In this document: positions 1-9,447 of the stretch, piece by piece
How the letters are laid out: each line of letters begins with the position of its first letter
Position numbering within the stretch: the stretch's first letter is position 1
DNA from: Paracoccaceae bacterium
Lineage (GTDB): Bacteria; Pseudomonadota; Alphaproteobacteria; Rhodobacterales; Rhodobacteraceae
DNA length: 64,000 bases
Direction of reading: 5' to 3'
Assembly: GCA_016124615.1 (NCBI GenBank)
Contig: WGNF01000014.1
Coordinates: forward strand, 40,932-104,931
Position numbers and translations under genes: made by a program
Notes under the pieces: model-generated
Database searches by the model: none
Told to the model about the DNA's origin: nothing
Seen by the model: the letters and a program-made list of their open reading frames with translations, nothing else

Positions 1-1111
1 CGTTGGTCAGCCGGTCGGGGAAGTGGCTGGCCAGCACATGCACCATCAGCCGGGTGTCGCGGGTGGCAAGGGCCGACCAGAACTGCACCATCAGCGAATT
101 GTGGTAGGCAAGGTTGCCCTCGCGTCCGTCATGCGCGCCACGGCCGAGGTAGGGCAGCATTTCGGCGGGTGCGACGATGGCCTCTTCCAGATGGATCACC
201 GCCGATGTGGCGATGCGTGAACAGGCGCGCAGGGCCTGCAGGATCATGTGCACCTCGGGTTCTGACTGGCAGCGGGTGCCCATGCGTTTCCACATGAAGG
301 CCACCGCATCCAGCCGCAACACGTCGACGCCCTTGTTGGCGAGGAACAGCATGACCTCGACAATCTCAAGAAACACCTGCGGGTTGGCCCAGTTCAGATC
401 CCACTGGTGTTCGTTGAAGGTGGTCCAGACCCATTTGCCGATCGCAGGGTAATGGGTGAAATTGCCCGGCGCGTTGTCGGGGAAGACTTCAACCAGCGTT
501 TCAGAATAGCGGTCGGGCAGGTCGGGGCTGTCGAACATCAGGTAATAGTCCTGATACTTCGGATCGCCCTTGGCGGCCTTCTTCGCCCAGCCGTGTTCCT
601 TGGCGGTGTGGTTCAGCACGAGGTCCACGCACAGGCTGATGCCGCGGGCGCGCAGGGCGGCCGATACCGCCTCGAAATCCGCCATCGTGCCATAGGCTGG
701 GTTGATGGCGCGGTAGTCCATCACCGAATAGCCGCCGTCCGAATCGCCGGGGCGGGGCTTAAGGCAGGGCATCAGATGGACATAGGTGATGCCGAGGTCT
801 TCGAGATAGTCGAGGTGGTCGAGCACGCCCTTCAGCGTGTCGGCGAAACGGTCGATGTAGAAGACATAGCCCGCCATGCGCGGGCGCTGGAACCAGTCGG
901 GCTCCAGATCGCGTTGCAGATCGAGCTGGCGCAGGTCGGCGGGGCGGGCCTGCCACCCTTTGCGCAGGGTCTTCAGCAGTGCCTTGCGAAAGCTGTCGTA
1001 GGCGGGATGCGCGCCATAAACGGCGTCGAGCATCGGCCAGAGGTCCGGGTCGCTACGGGCCAGACGCAGCGCAAAAATGTCGCCCTCGGGCGGCGGCGGG
1101 CGTTTGGGCAT
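1..1111 (-). CDS. Amylosucrase-like GH13 glucoside hydrolase/transglucosidase (runs off the left edge of the window)
   Basis: Translated by hand; absent from the ORF track because it has no stop in the window. MPKRPPPPEGDIFALRL...GITYVHLMP...SDGGYSVMDY...DLVLNHT...QWDLNWANP...LRLDAVAFMWK (nucleophile Asp)...HLEEAIV (acid/base Glu). GGAAGGAGG RBS upstream. Confidence 0.85.
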   Translation of the reverse strand, partial: MPKRPPPPEGDIFALRLARSDPDLWPMLDAVYGAHPAYDSFRKALLKTLRKGWQARPADLRQLDLQRDLEPDWFQRPRMAGYVFYIDRFADTLKGVLDHLDYLEDLGITYVHLMPCLKPRPGDSDGGYSVMDYRAINPAYGTMADFEAVSAALRARGISLCVDLVLNHTAKEHGWAKKAAKGDPKYQDYYLMFDSPDLPDRYSETLVEVFPDNAPGNFTHYPAIGKWVWTTFNEHQWDLNWANPQVFLEIVEVMLFLANKGVDVLRLDAVAFMWKRMGTRCQSEPEVHMILQALRACSRIATSAVIHLEEAIVAPAEMLPYLGRGAHDGREGNLAYHNSLMVQFWSALATRDTRLMVHVLASHFPDRLTN

Positions 1112-1166
1112 CGCGGATCCTCCTTCCTGCGAGGGTAGGTGGGTCAAAGCGCTTTGGAAAGCGGAA

Positions 1167-1661
1167 TCAAGGCCGCACGATCAGCCTTGTGCGCGGCGTC
1201 AGGTGGCGCGCGATCCACAACAGGTCGCCCGGCGCGAAGGCGACGCAGCCCGCCGTGGGGTGGCGCGGTTTGCGCCAGCGGTGCAGGAAGATCGCCGAGC
1301 CGCGGCCGGGAATGGCGTCGGGCCAGTTCCAATCGGTCAGCAGGATCAGATCGTAAAGCGGGTCGGGGCGGCTGAGCCGTTCGTGGCTGAAGGCATGGGG
1401 CGCGCGGACCCGATGGTTGTAATCGGGATCGGCCCCATCGTCCGACCAAAGATCGGCCGGGCCGATCGGCATTGCCCAACCCGGAAGCGCGGCGGCGATG
1501 CGGTCGGGGCGGTAGAGCAGGCCGACGATGCGATGAACCCCGGCCGGGGTGGCGCCGTCGCCCTCGCGCTTGGCCCAGGTGATGCCGCCGCGACCAATGG
1601 CGCAGGGCAGGCGGCGGCCAAGGAAGCGGGCACCCCAGCGGGTGACCACCAGATCGCTCAC
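1167..1661 (-). CDS. L,D-transpeptidase (YkuD-like) family protein
   Basis: CAIGRGG...KREGDGATPAG...GSAIFLH...TAGCVA His/Cys motif; 4-bp overlap with the ribA stop. Confidence 0.8.
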   Translation of the reverse strand: MSDLVVTRWGARFLGRRLPCAIGRGGITWAKREGDGATPAGVHRIVGLLYRPDRIAAALPGWAMPIGPADLWSDDGADPDYNHRVRAPHAFSHERLSRPDPLYDLILLTDWNWPDAIPGRGSAIFLHRWRKPRHPTAGCVAFAPGDLLWIARHLTPRTRLIVRP

Positions 1662-2749
1662 AGCAGATGGCCCGACTTTGCCGCCTTGGTCGCCAGATAG
1701 GCCGCGTTCTGCGCGGTATGGCCAACCTTCAGCGGCACGCGTTCCACCACCTCCAGCCCGTTCGCGGCCATCATCCGCACCTTGGCGGGGTTGTTGGTCA
1801 ACAGCCTGAGCCGTGAAACCCCCATCTGCCGCAGGAGGCCCGCGCCGATGCGGAAGTCGCGTTCATCATCCTCGAAGCCCAGCCGGTGATTGGCCTCGAC
1901 GGTATCAAAGCCCTGATCTTGCAGCGAATAGGCGCGCATCTTGTTGGCAAGGCCGATCCCGCGCCCCTCCTGGTTGAGGTAGAGCAGGATGCCCGCGCCC
2001 TCGGCCCCCATCTGGCCAAGGGCCGCGCGCAACTGCGGGCCGCAGTCGCATTTCAGCGAGCCCAGAACGTCGCCGGTAAAGCAGGCCGAATGCAGCCGCA
2101 CCAGCACCGGCGCCCGGCGGTCGGGTTTGCCGATCTCGATCGCGTAATGCTCTTCGCCGCCATCCTCGGGGCGAAAGATGTGGACGCGGCCCGCCTCGCT
2201 GGCCTGCATCGGCAGCCGGGCAGAAACCACGGGATGCAGGGGCGAGGCGGCCAGCATCTGCGCCGCGGCCTCGGTCACCGGGATCAGTGTCAGCCCCTCG
2301 CGCGCGGCCAGCGCGGCGCCATCGGGCACCGCCAGCACCACGGCGGCGGGCAAGAGATGCGCCGACTTCGCCAGCTGGATCGCGGCCCGCGCCAGCGCGG
2401 CGGCATCGTCACGCAGGGATCGAAACGGCCCCTTCATCGGTGTGCGCAGATCGTCGGCGGGGTCGGCCACAGCTTGGATCCAGCCCAGCCCGGCGTCGGG
2501 CGGAATGGCCAGCCGCGCGAGATCGCCATCGTAGGCGCGCGCTTTCAGCGTTTCGGCCCGCCATGCGGTAATCGCCAGCGCCAGATCGCCGCCCATCACG
2601 CGCAGGTCGACCAGCCGGTCGGCCCCCAGCGTTTCGGCCGCCACCGCCAGCACGGCGGTCCCGCCCCCGGTCAGCACGACCGGCACGCCCATGCGCAGGT
2701 CGGCGCGGGCGCGGGCGAGGTGTTCGGCAAGGGTCGGGCGCAGGCTCAT
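1658..2749 (-). CDS. ribA: GTP cyclohydrolase II with N-terminal DHBP-synthase-like domain
   Basis: VRLHSACFTGDVLGSLKCDCGPQL, QEGRGIGLANK, LLTNNPAK motifs. Confidence 0.95.
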   Translation of the reverse strand: MSLRPTLAEHLARARADLRMGVPVVLTGGGTAVLAVAAETLGADRLVDLRVMGGDLALAITAWRAETLKARAYDGDLARLAIPPDAGLGWIQAVADPADDLRTPMKGPFRSLRDDAAALARAAIQLAKSAHLLPAAVVLAVPDGAALAAREGLTLIPVTEAAAQMLAASPLHPVVSARLPMQASEAGRVHIFRPEDGGEEHYAIEIGKPDRRAPVLVRLHSACFTGDVLGSLKCDCGPQLRAALGQMGAEGAGILLYLNQEGRGIGLANKMRAYSLQDQGFDTVEANHRLGFEDDERDFRIGAGLLRQMGVSRLRLLTNNPAKVRMMAANGLEVVERVPLKVGHTAQNAAYLATKAAKSGHLL

Positions 2750-2919
2750 GAGGCTCCGGGGGCGATGTGTTACGCTTATCTAAGGCGAAAGCCGCCGAAT
2801 TGAAACAATTGCCGCGCCTGCGACACGTCCGCGTGAGATTTCTGTCGCCACTCTTGTGCGGCCCGGGCGTCAGGCGCATGTCGGGGGGGCAAAAGAGGCC
2901 AGCAACGGAGGCCAAGACC

Positions 2920-3606
2920 ATGTCCACCCTCAAGAAAATCCTGCTTGTCGATGACGAGGAGGATCTGCGCGAAGCGCTGTCTGAACAGCTTGTGATGACC
3001 GAGGATTTCGACGTTTTCGAAGCTGGCACTGGCCACGACGCGATGGAGCGGGTGAAGGGCGGGCATTTCGATCTGGTCATCCTCGACGTCGGCCTGCCGG
3101 ATACGGACGGGCGCGAGCTGTGCCGCCGGATGCGCAAGCAGGGCGTGAAATGCCCGGTGCTGATGCTGACCGGGCATGACACCGACAGCGACACGATCCT
3201 TGGCCTTGACGCCGGGGCCAACGACTATGTCACCAAGCCGTTCAAATTCCCGGTGCTTCTGGCCCGCATTCGTGCCCAGCTGCGCCAGCATGAACAATCC
3301 GAGGATGCGGTGTTCCAGCTTGGGCCCTACACGTTCAAGCCTGCGCAGAAGATGCTGGTCGACGAGCGCGAGAAGAAGATCCGGCTGACCGAGAAAGAGA
3401 CCAACATCCTGAAGTTCCTCTATCGGGCGACCGAAGGCGTCGTGCCGCGCGAGGTTCTGCTGCACGAGGTCTGGGGCTACAACGCAGGCGTGACTACGCA
3501 TACGCTGGAAACCCACATCTACCGCCTGCGCCAGAAGATCGAGCCCGATCCCTCGAATGCGCGGCTTTTGGTGACGGAATCCGGTGGTTACCGTTTGGTA
3601 GCATAA
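2920..3606 (+). CDS. OmpR-family response regulator (receiver plus winged helix)
   Basis: ILLVDD, LVILDVGLPD, GANDYVTKPF, THTLETHIYRLRQKIE; start taken at MSTLKK, which follows a GGAG RBS. Confidence 0.93.
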   Translation: MSTLKKILLVDDEEDLREALSEQLVMTEDFDVFEAGTGHDAMERVKGGHFDLVILDVGLPDTDGRELCRRMRKQGVKCPVLMLTGHDTDSDTILGLDAGANDYVTKPFKFPVLLARIRAQLRQHEQSEDAVFQLGPYTFKPAQKMLVDEREKKIRLTEKETNILKFLYRATEGVVPREVLLHEVWGYNAGVTTHTLETHIYRLRQKIEPDPSNARLLVTESGGYRLVA

Positions 3607-3648
3607 GCGTCATATTGTTGCCGGAATGCAGGGCTATGCGTTCCGCTA

Positions 3649-3746
3649 GCGGCGATTGCGTCGCAAAGGTTCCCCTGGCCGCTTCGGGGTTATGAAGCGG
3701 CACCTCCCTGTTGGACTGGCCCGGGCTTCGGCTCGGGCCGTTTTTT
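3649..3746 (+). ncRNA. SorX-like sRNA in the 3' UTR of the OmpR-family gene (copy 1)
   Basis: Stem CCGCTTC-GGGGTTAT-GAAGCGG, core CACCTCCCTGTTGGACT, terminator GGCCCGGGC-TTCG-GCTCGGGCC-T6. The position matches recalled R. sphaeroides SorX, which derives from the ompR-1 3' UTR. Confidence 0.7.
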
Positions 3747-4992
3747 ATGGCTCGGGCAGCCGCAGGGCGTAAAGGCCATAGCCCGTCAGCATCAGGCCGC
3801 CGATCGCCGCGGTGGCAAAAGGCATCCGCAGCGCGATCGCCCGGCCCAGCGACGGTTCGAACGCCGCGACGATCACGCCGCCCGCCAGTGCGCCCAGTGG
3901 CATCATGCCAAGGCCAAGAAATCGGTAGACGCTGTTGACGCGGCCCAGCAGCGCATCGGGAATGACGCGCTGACGGTAGGATACCGTGACGATGTTCCAG
4001 AGCATCCCGCCCCCCGTGTAGATGAAGAGCGCCAGCCCGGCGAGCACGACGCTGTGGCCCAACGCCAGCAGCGCCGGGCCAAGGCCGAACGCCGCCAGCG
4101 CGGCGCGCAGGCAGGGGGTGGCGCCAAAGCGGCGCACAAGCGGCGGGCTGACAAAGCCGCCGATCACCCCGCCGGCCGCGCCCGCCGTCATCAACAGGCC
4201 GAACCCGGTGGCGGCCAGCGCCAGACCTTCGCGCGCATAAAGCACCAGCATCGTATCGGTCGCCGCCGACAGCGCGTTGACCACCCCAAGCACCAGCGCC
4301 AGCCGCAGCAGCACCGGATGCGCCCGCATCCAGTCGATGCCCTGACGCAGTTCGGCCAGGAACCGCTGCCGCGCGGCCTGTGACTGTCGCGGCCGCATCG
4401 TGATGGCGGCGACCAGCGCCGCCGCCGCGCCGAAGGTCAGCGCGTCGAACCCGAACGGCAGAGACACCGCGCGCGCGATCAGCACCCCGGCCAGCGGCGG
4501 GCCGACGAACGCGCTCATGACATGCTCGACGCTCCACATCTGGCCATTCGCGGCCTCAAGGTCGGCGGCGTCGACGACCGAGGGCAGCGCGGTCTGGGCG
4601 GCGTTGTCGCGCAGAACCTGCGCCGCACCCAGCAGGAAGGCCAGCGCCGCAAGGGCCGCGATGAAGGGGGGCGCGCCGCCGCCCGGCGGCAAGCGGGGCG
4701 CCGACAGGATCAGCGCGACGATGCCCAGCGTCAGCACCATCCGAAAGACATCGGCGCGGACCATGATCTTCTGCCGGTTGACGCGATCGGTGACCACGCC
4801 CGCGGGCAGCGCGAACAGGAACATCGGCAAGCGGGCGGCAAATCCGATCAGCGCGATCTGTACCGGGTCGCGGGTCAGAAGCGTGGCGAGCCACGGAAAC
4901 GCCAGCGCCGAGACGCCATCGCCCAGCGACGAAATCGCCGTGGCCGACAGCAGAAGGCGGTAGTTGCGGTTGCGCCGCAGCAGCGAAAGCAT
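3745..4992 (-). CDS. MFS transporter (DHA3/EntS/macrolide-efflux-like)
   Basis: RNRNYRLLLSATAISSLGDG, AGVVTDRVNRQKIM, QRVIPDALLGRVNSVYR; about 12 hydrophobic segments; start at MLSLLRR. Confidence 0.88.
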   Translation of the reverse strand: MLSLLRRNRNYRLLLSATAISSLGDGVSALAFPWLATLLTRDPVQIALIGFAARLPMFLFALPAGVVTDRVNRQKIMVRADVFRMVLTLGIVALILSAPRLPPGGGAPPFIAALAALAFLLGAAQVLRDNAAQTALPSVVDAADLEAANGQMWSVEHVMSAFVGPPLAGVLIARAVSLPFGFDALTFGAAAALVAAITMRPRQSQAARQRFLAELRQGIDWMRAHPVLLRLALVLGVVNALSAATDTMLVLYAREGLALAATGFGLLMTAGAAGGVIGGFVSPPLVRRFGATPCLRAALAAFGLGPALLALGHSVVLAGLALFIYTGGGMLWNIVTVSYRQRVIPDALLGRVNSVYRFLGLGMMPLGALAGGVIVAAFEPSLGRAIALRMPFATAAIGGLMLTGYGLYALRLPEP

Positions 4993-5191
4993 CGCCCGAT
5001 CGTCCTTTGAACACCCTGCCCGAGGCGGCACGTCGGCGCAGGTTCGGGGAAACCGGCATGCCGCGCAAGGGCGCCGGGATTGTCTACGAAATCGTGGTAA
5101 TGCCGACGCACTGTGGCGCAACCGTCACCATTCGGCGGCGTTCTTGACCGATAAGGAAAAATCACTGTGTCCGAAAGGATTGTTGCGTTTA

Positions 5192-5200
5192 TGATATAAT
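5192..5200 (+). promoter_or_regulatory. Extended -10 sigma70 promoter (TGnTATAAT) upstream of sRNA copy 2
   Basis: TGATATAAT at 5192-5200 in an AT-rich patch, enclosed by the GGATTG/CAATCC inverted repeat. Confidence 0.55.
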
Positions 5201-5214
5201 CAATCCAAGGTTGT

Positions 5215-5312
5215 GCGGCGACCGTCGTGCCGCAAGTATCCCTTGGTCGCATCGGGGTTATGATGCGGCACCTCCCTGTTGGACTGACCCGGCTTCTGGC
5301 CGGGTTTTTTTT
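5215..5312 (+). ncRNA. Second SorX/SorY-like sRNA (copy 2)
   Basis: Aligns with copy 1; GCGGCACCTCCCTGTTGGACTG is identical; compensatory stem change (GCATC/GATGC versus GCTTC/GAAGC); own terminator CCCGGC-TTCTG-GCCGGG-T7. Confidence 0.68.
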
Positions 5313-5374
5313 GCGCCACGCCGGACTGGATCGCGGGCGCGTTTCGTGTTGGAAAGGGGAAAAAGGAGAGCCCG

Positions 5375-6163
5375 ATGACCTTCACCCTCGCCACCTGGAA
5401 CATCAACTCGGTTCGTCTGCGCGCGGCGCTGGTGGCGAAACTAATGGCCGAAGAGGCGCCCGACGTTCTGTGCCTGCAGGAATGCAAAAGCCCGGTGGAC
5501 ATGATCCCGGTCGAGGCGTTTCACGCGCTGGGCTACACCCACATGGTTGCGCGCGGCCAGAAGGGCTACAACGGCGTCGCGATCCTGTCGAAGCTGCCGC
5601 TGGAGGATGCGGGCGGGCACGACCTGATCGGCATGGGCCACGCCCGGCACGTTGCGGCACGGCTGCCGAATGGCGTGACGATCCACAACTATTACATCCC
5701 TGCCGGGGGCGACATTCCCGACCGCGCGCAGAACGAGAAGTTCGGCCAGAAGCTCGACGTGCTGACCGAGATGCGCGACCGTTTCCATGCGGAACGGCCG
5801 GAACGCGCTATCCTTGTCGGCGATCTGAACATCGCCCCGCGCGAGGATGACGTCTGGAACCACAAGGCGCTGTTGAAGATCGTCAGCCATACGCCGGTCG
5901 AGGTGGAACATTTCGGCGCCGTGCAAGAGGCCGGGGCCTGGGTGGACGTGACGCGGGCGGATATTCCCGCGGGGCCGCTGTTCAGCTGGTGGTCCTACCG
6001 CTCGCCGGATTGGGATGCCGCCGACAAGGGCCGCAGGCTCGACCATATCTGGGCCACGCCCGACATCGCGGGGGCCGCCCACGGCAGCCGCATCCTGCGC
6101 GCCGCGCGGGGCTGGGAACAGCCCTCTGACCACGCGCCGGTGTTCGCCAGCTTCGATCTTTGA
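5375..6163 (+). CDS. xth: Exodeoxyribonuclease III
   Basis: [45 protein letters not shown]. Confidence 0.95.
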   Translation: MTFTLATWNINSVRLRAALVAKLMAEEAPDVLCLQECKSPVDMIPVEAFHALGYTHMVARGQKGYNGVAILSKLPLEDAGGHDLIGMGHARHVAARLPNGVTIHNYYIPAGGDIPDRAQNEKFGQKLDVLTEMRDRFHAERPERAILVGDLNIAPREDDVWNHKALLKIVSHTPVEVEHFGAVQEAGAWVDVTRADIPAGPLFSWWSYRSPDWDAADKGRRLDHIWATPDIAGAAHGSRILRAARGWEQPSDHAPVFASFDL

Positions 6164-6170
6164 GGCCACC

Positions 6171-6794
6171 ATGCCGCACGACCATCACGACCACGACCAT
6201 GATGCGCATTCGCTGCTGCCGTCCGATTCTGCGCTGCGGGTGAAGGCGTTGGAGACGCTCTTGACCCGGAAGGGGCTGGTCGATCCGGCGGCGATGGACG
6301 CGATCCTTGACGTCTATGAAAACAAGGTCGGTCCGCAGAACGGTGCCCGTGTGGTGGCGCGGGCCTGGGCCGAGCCGGCGTTTCTGGCCGCGCTGCGTGC
6401 CGACACGACCGCGACGCTGGAGCGTGAGGGGCTGCTGGGCCGACAGGGCGAGCATGTCGTGGTGGTCGAGAACACGGCAGAGGTGCACAACGTCGTCGTC
6501 TGCACGCTGTGCAGCTGCTACCCGTGGCCGCTGCTGGGCATCCCGCCGACGTGGTACAAATCCGACGCCTACCGGGCGCGCGTGGTGCGCGAGCCGCGGC
6601 GTGTGCTGGCCGAGTTCGGGCTGGTGCTGCCGGACGGGCAGGCGGTGCGGGTCTGGGATTCGACCGCCGAGATCCGCTATCTGGTGATCCCGATGCGACC
6701 CGAGGGCAGTGCGGGTCTGGGGGTGGAAGACCTCACCCGCTGGGTCACCCGCAATTCGATGATCGGCACCGGGTTGGCGGAGCGCCCTGCATGA
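6171..6794 (+). CDS. nthA: Nitrile hydratase alpha subunit, cobalt type
   Basis: [10 protein letters not shown] metal-binding motif (Thr/Tyr variant, Co-type), [10 protein letters not shown], His-rich N-terminus. Confidence 0.95.
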   Translation: MPHDHHDHDHDAHSLLPSDSALRVKALETLLTRKGLVDPAAMDAILDVYENKVGPQNGARVVARAWAEPAFLAALRADTTATLEREGLLGRQGEHVVVVENTAEVHNVVVCTLCSCYPWPLLGIPPTWYKSDAYRARVVREPRRVLAEFGLVLPDGQAVRVWDSTAEIRYLVIPMRPEGSAGLGVEDLTRWVTRNSMIGTGLAERPA

Positions 6795-7462
6795 CCCGCG
6801 TGCATGACATGGGTGGCCGCTGGGGCGACGGGCCGGTGGACCCTGCGCCAGGTGAGCCGCTGTTCGTGAAACCGTGGCACCGGCGCGCGATGGCCTTGAC
6901 GCTGGCGATCGGCGCGGCCGGGCGCTGGAGCATCGACGCCTCGCGCTATGCCCGCGAGTCGCTGGCGGCGCGCGACTATGCGCGGCTTGGCTATTACGAG
7001 AAATGGCTGGCGGCGGTGGCGAACCTCGCGCTGGCCCGGGGGCTGGTGACGCGGGCCGAACTTGCGGGGGCTGAGGTTGCACAGGCGCCGCTGGACCCCA
7101 AGGCGATGCGGGCGGCGCAGGTGGAAGCCGCGTTGCGCCGGGGCAGCCCGAGCCTGCGGCCGGGCCCGGCACCCCGGTTCGCGCCGAGCGACCTGGTGCG
7201 CAGCCGATTGCCCGCGCGGAATGTGATGATCGACGGCGGTCACACTCGTCTGCCCGCCTATGCTGCGGGCCACATCGGCCGGATCGTGCGCAGTCACGGC
7301 TGCCATGTGCTGCCCGACAGCAACGCGCATCTGCTCGGCGAGGCGCCGGAACCGCTCTATGGCGTGGCGTTTGATGCGGCCGACCTTTGGGGCGCGCCGG
7401 AGCGCAAAGGCGACGAGGTGATGATCGACCTGTGGCAAAGCTATCTGGAGCCCGTCGCATGA
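6791..7462 (+). CDS. nthB: Nitrile hydratase beta subunit
   Basis: [41 protein letters not shown]; ATGA overlap with nthA. Confidence 0.92.
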   Translation: MTRVHDMGGRWGDGPVDPAPGEPLFVKPWHRRAMALTLAIGAAGRWSIDASRYARESLAARDYARLGYYEKWLAAVANLALARGLVTRAELAGAEVAQAPLDPKAMRAAQVEAALRRGSPSLRPGPAPRFAPSDLVRSRLPARNVMIDGGHTRLPAYAAGHIGRIVRSHGCHVLPDSNAHLLGEAPEPLYGVAFDAADLWGAPERKGDEVMIDLWQSYLEPVA

Positions 7463-7779
7463 CCGACCCGCATGAGGTCACCCGATTTGACGAACCCTGG
7501 CACGCGCAGGTTTTCGCGCTGACGGTGGCGCTGTCGGACGCCGGGCGGTTCACCTGGCCGGACTGGACGCGGGCCTTTGGCGCCACGCTGGCCCGCCACG
7601 GCCTGTCCCGCGACCTGAACGGCGGCGAGGATTACTACGCCGCCTGGCTGGAAACGCTGGAAGGGCTGCTCGCCGGCCTGAACCTTGCCGCGCCCGATCA
7701 GGTGGCGGCGCTGCGCGATGCGTGGGAAGCGGCCTATCTGGCCACCCCGCACGGGCATCCGGTGCGGCTGGCGGACTGA
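7459..7779 (+). CDS. Nitrile hydratase accessory/activator protein (P14K-like)
   Basis: FDEPWHAQVFALTVAL, YYAAWLETLE, TPHGHPV; ATGA overlap with nthB. Confidence 0.88.
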   Translation: MTDPHEVTRFDEPWHAQVFALTVALSDAGRFTWPDWTRAFGATLARHGLSRDLNGGEDYYAAWLETLEGLLAGLNLAAPDQVAALRDAWEAAYLATPHGHPVRLAD

Positions 7780-7806
7780 ATCCCGCAGGGCGCGGCGCTG
7801 CGCCCC

Positions 7807-7835
7807 CTTGGCACCTGCCCGCGCGCGGCACATAT
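7807..7835 (+). promoter_or_regulatory. Putative RpoH (sigma32) promoter of cnoX
   Basis: CTTGGC-N16-CACATAT resembles the alphaproteobacterial RpoH consensus CTTGAA-N16-CCTATAT and precedes a known heat-shock gene. Confidence 0.5.
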
Positions 7836-7867
7836 AGGGCGCAAGCAGAATTCTTCCGGGGGGCGAG

Positions 7868-8776
7868 ATGCTCGAACTGAACGCGAAACCGAAAGCGGCG
7901 CCTGCGGGCGGCATGATCAAGGACTCGTCGGACATGACGTTCATGGCCGATGTGGTCGATGCCTCGAAAGAGGTGCCGGTGATCGTCGACTTCTGGGCGC
8001 CGTGGTGCGGGCCCTGCAAGCAGCTTGGGCCGCAGCTTGAGGCCGCGGTGACGGCGGCCGCGGGCAAGGTGAAGATGGTCAAGATCAACGTGGACGAGAA
8101 CCCCGGCATTTCGGGGCAATTGCGCATCCAGTCGATCCCGACGGTCTACGCCTTCTTTGACGGCAAGCCGGTCGATGGCTTTCAGGGCGCGATTTCGGGG
8201 TCTGAGGTGAAGGCCTTCGTCGCCAAACTGGCCGAACTGGCGGGCGATGGCGGGCTGGCCGAGGCGCTGGCGGCGGCCGAGACGATGCTGGACGAAGGTG
8301 CCGCGGTGGATGCCGCCGAAACCTTCGCAGCGATTCTGGAGGAAGACGCGGGCAACCCCACCGCCTATGGCGGGCTGGTGCGCGCGCATCTGGCGCTCGA
8401 CAACCTCGATCAGGCGGAGGCGTTGCTGAACGCCGCCCCCGCGGCCATCGCCACGGCGAAGGAAGTCGAGGCGGCGCGCGCCGCGCTGGACCTGAAGCGG
8501 CAGGCCGCCAAGGCGGGGCCGGTCGATGCGTTGCGCGCCGCCGTTGCCGCCGATCCGGCCGATGCGCAGTCGCGTTACGACCTTGCGCTGGCGCTGCACG
8601 CCGAGGGTGATGTCGAGGGGGCGGTGGACGCATTGCTGGAACTGTTCCGCCGCGACCGCGAGTGGAACGAGGGCGCCGCCAAGACGCAGCTGTTCAAGAT
8701 CTTCGACACGCTGAAACCGCAGGACCCGATTGTGCTGAAAGGCCGCAGGAAGCTTTCCTCAATGATATTTGCCTGA
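7868..8776 (+). CDS. cnoX: Thioredoxin-TPR chaperedoxin (CnoX/YbbN)
   Basis: DFWAPWCGPCK active site followed by a helical TPR region; ends GRRKLSSMIFA. Confidence 0.9.
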   Translation: MLELNAKPKAAPAGGMIKDSSDMTFMADVVDASKEVPVIVDFWAPWCGPCKQLGPQLEAAVTAAAGKVKMVKINVDENPGISGQLRIQSIPTVYAFFDGKPVDGFQGAISGSEVKAFVAKLAELAGDGGLAEALAAAETMLDEGAAVDAAETFAAILEEDAGNPTAYGGLVRAHLALDNLDQAEALLNAAPAAIATAKEVEAARAALDLKRQAAKAGPVDALRAAVAADPADAQSRYDLALALHAEGDVEGAVDALLELFRRDREWNEGAAKTQLFKIFDTLKPQDPIVLKGRRKLSSMIFA

Positions 8777-8796
8777 TTGTCGGGGCGGCCTAGGTC

Positions 8797-9447
8797 ATGG
8801 GCATGAGCAAGCGCGCCGATCTGCCCAGCGTCATTCCGCTGTTCCCGCTGTCGGGGGCGCTTTTGCTGCCGCGTGCCCGGTTGCCGCTGCATCTGTTCGA
8901 GCCGCGCTATCTGGCGATGCTGGAGGATGCGCTGAAAACGCCCGAGCGGCTGATCGGCATGATCCAGCCGCGCGAGGTTCCGGGCGGTGCTGAAAAGCGC
9001 CTGCAGGCAATCGGTTGCGCCGGTCGCGTCACCGCCTTCTCGGAAACCGAGGACGGGCGCTACATGATCACGCTGACCGGCGTTTCGCGCTTCCGGGTGG
9101 TGAAAGAGATCACCGGCTTCACCCCCTACCGCCGGGCCGAGATCGACACGAGCGATTTCACCCGCGACCGCGGCGGGCCCGAGATTGATCCGGATTTCGA
9201 GCGGGCACCGTTCCTTGACCTGCTTGGCCGATATTTCGCTGCGATGGATCTGTCGACCGACTGGGGCAGCCTGAAGGACGCCGAAGAAGAACTGCTGATC
9301 GACTCGCTGTCGATGCTGTGCCCGTTCGAGCCCGAGGACCGTCAGGCACTGCTGGAGGCGCCGAGCCTGCCGACGCGGCGCGAGACGCTGGTGACATTGT
9401 TCGAAATCGCCCTGCGCGGCGGCACCTCGGAGGAGATGATGCAATGA
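8797..9447 (+). CDS. LON peptidase substrate-binding domain protein
   Basis: [32 protein letters not shown]; no ATPase or protease domain. Confidence 0.88.
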   Translation: MGMSKRADLPSVIPLFPLSGALLLPRARLPLHLFEPRYLAMLEDALKTPERLIGMIQPREVPGGAEKRLQAIGCAGRVTAFSETEDGRYMITLTGVSRFRVVKEITGFTPYRRAEIDTSDFTRDRGGPEIDPDFERAPFLDLLGRYFAAMDLSTDWGSLKDAEEELLIDSLSMLCPFEPEDRQALLEAPSLPTRRETLVTLFEIALRGGTSEEMMQ

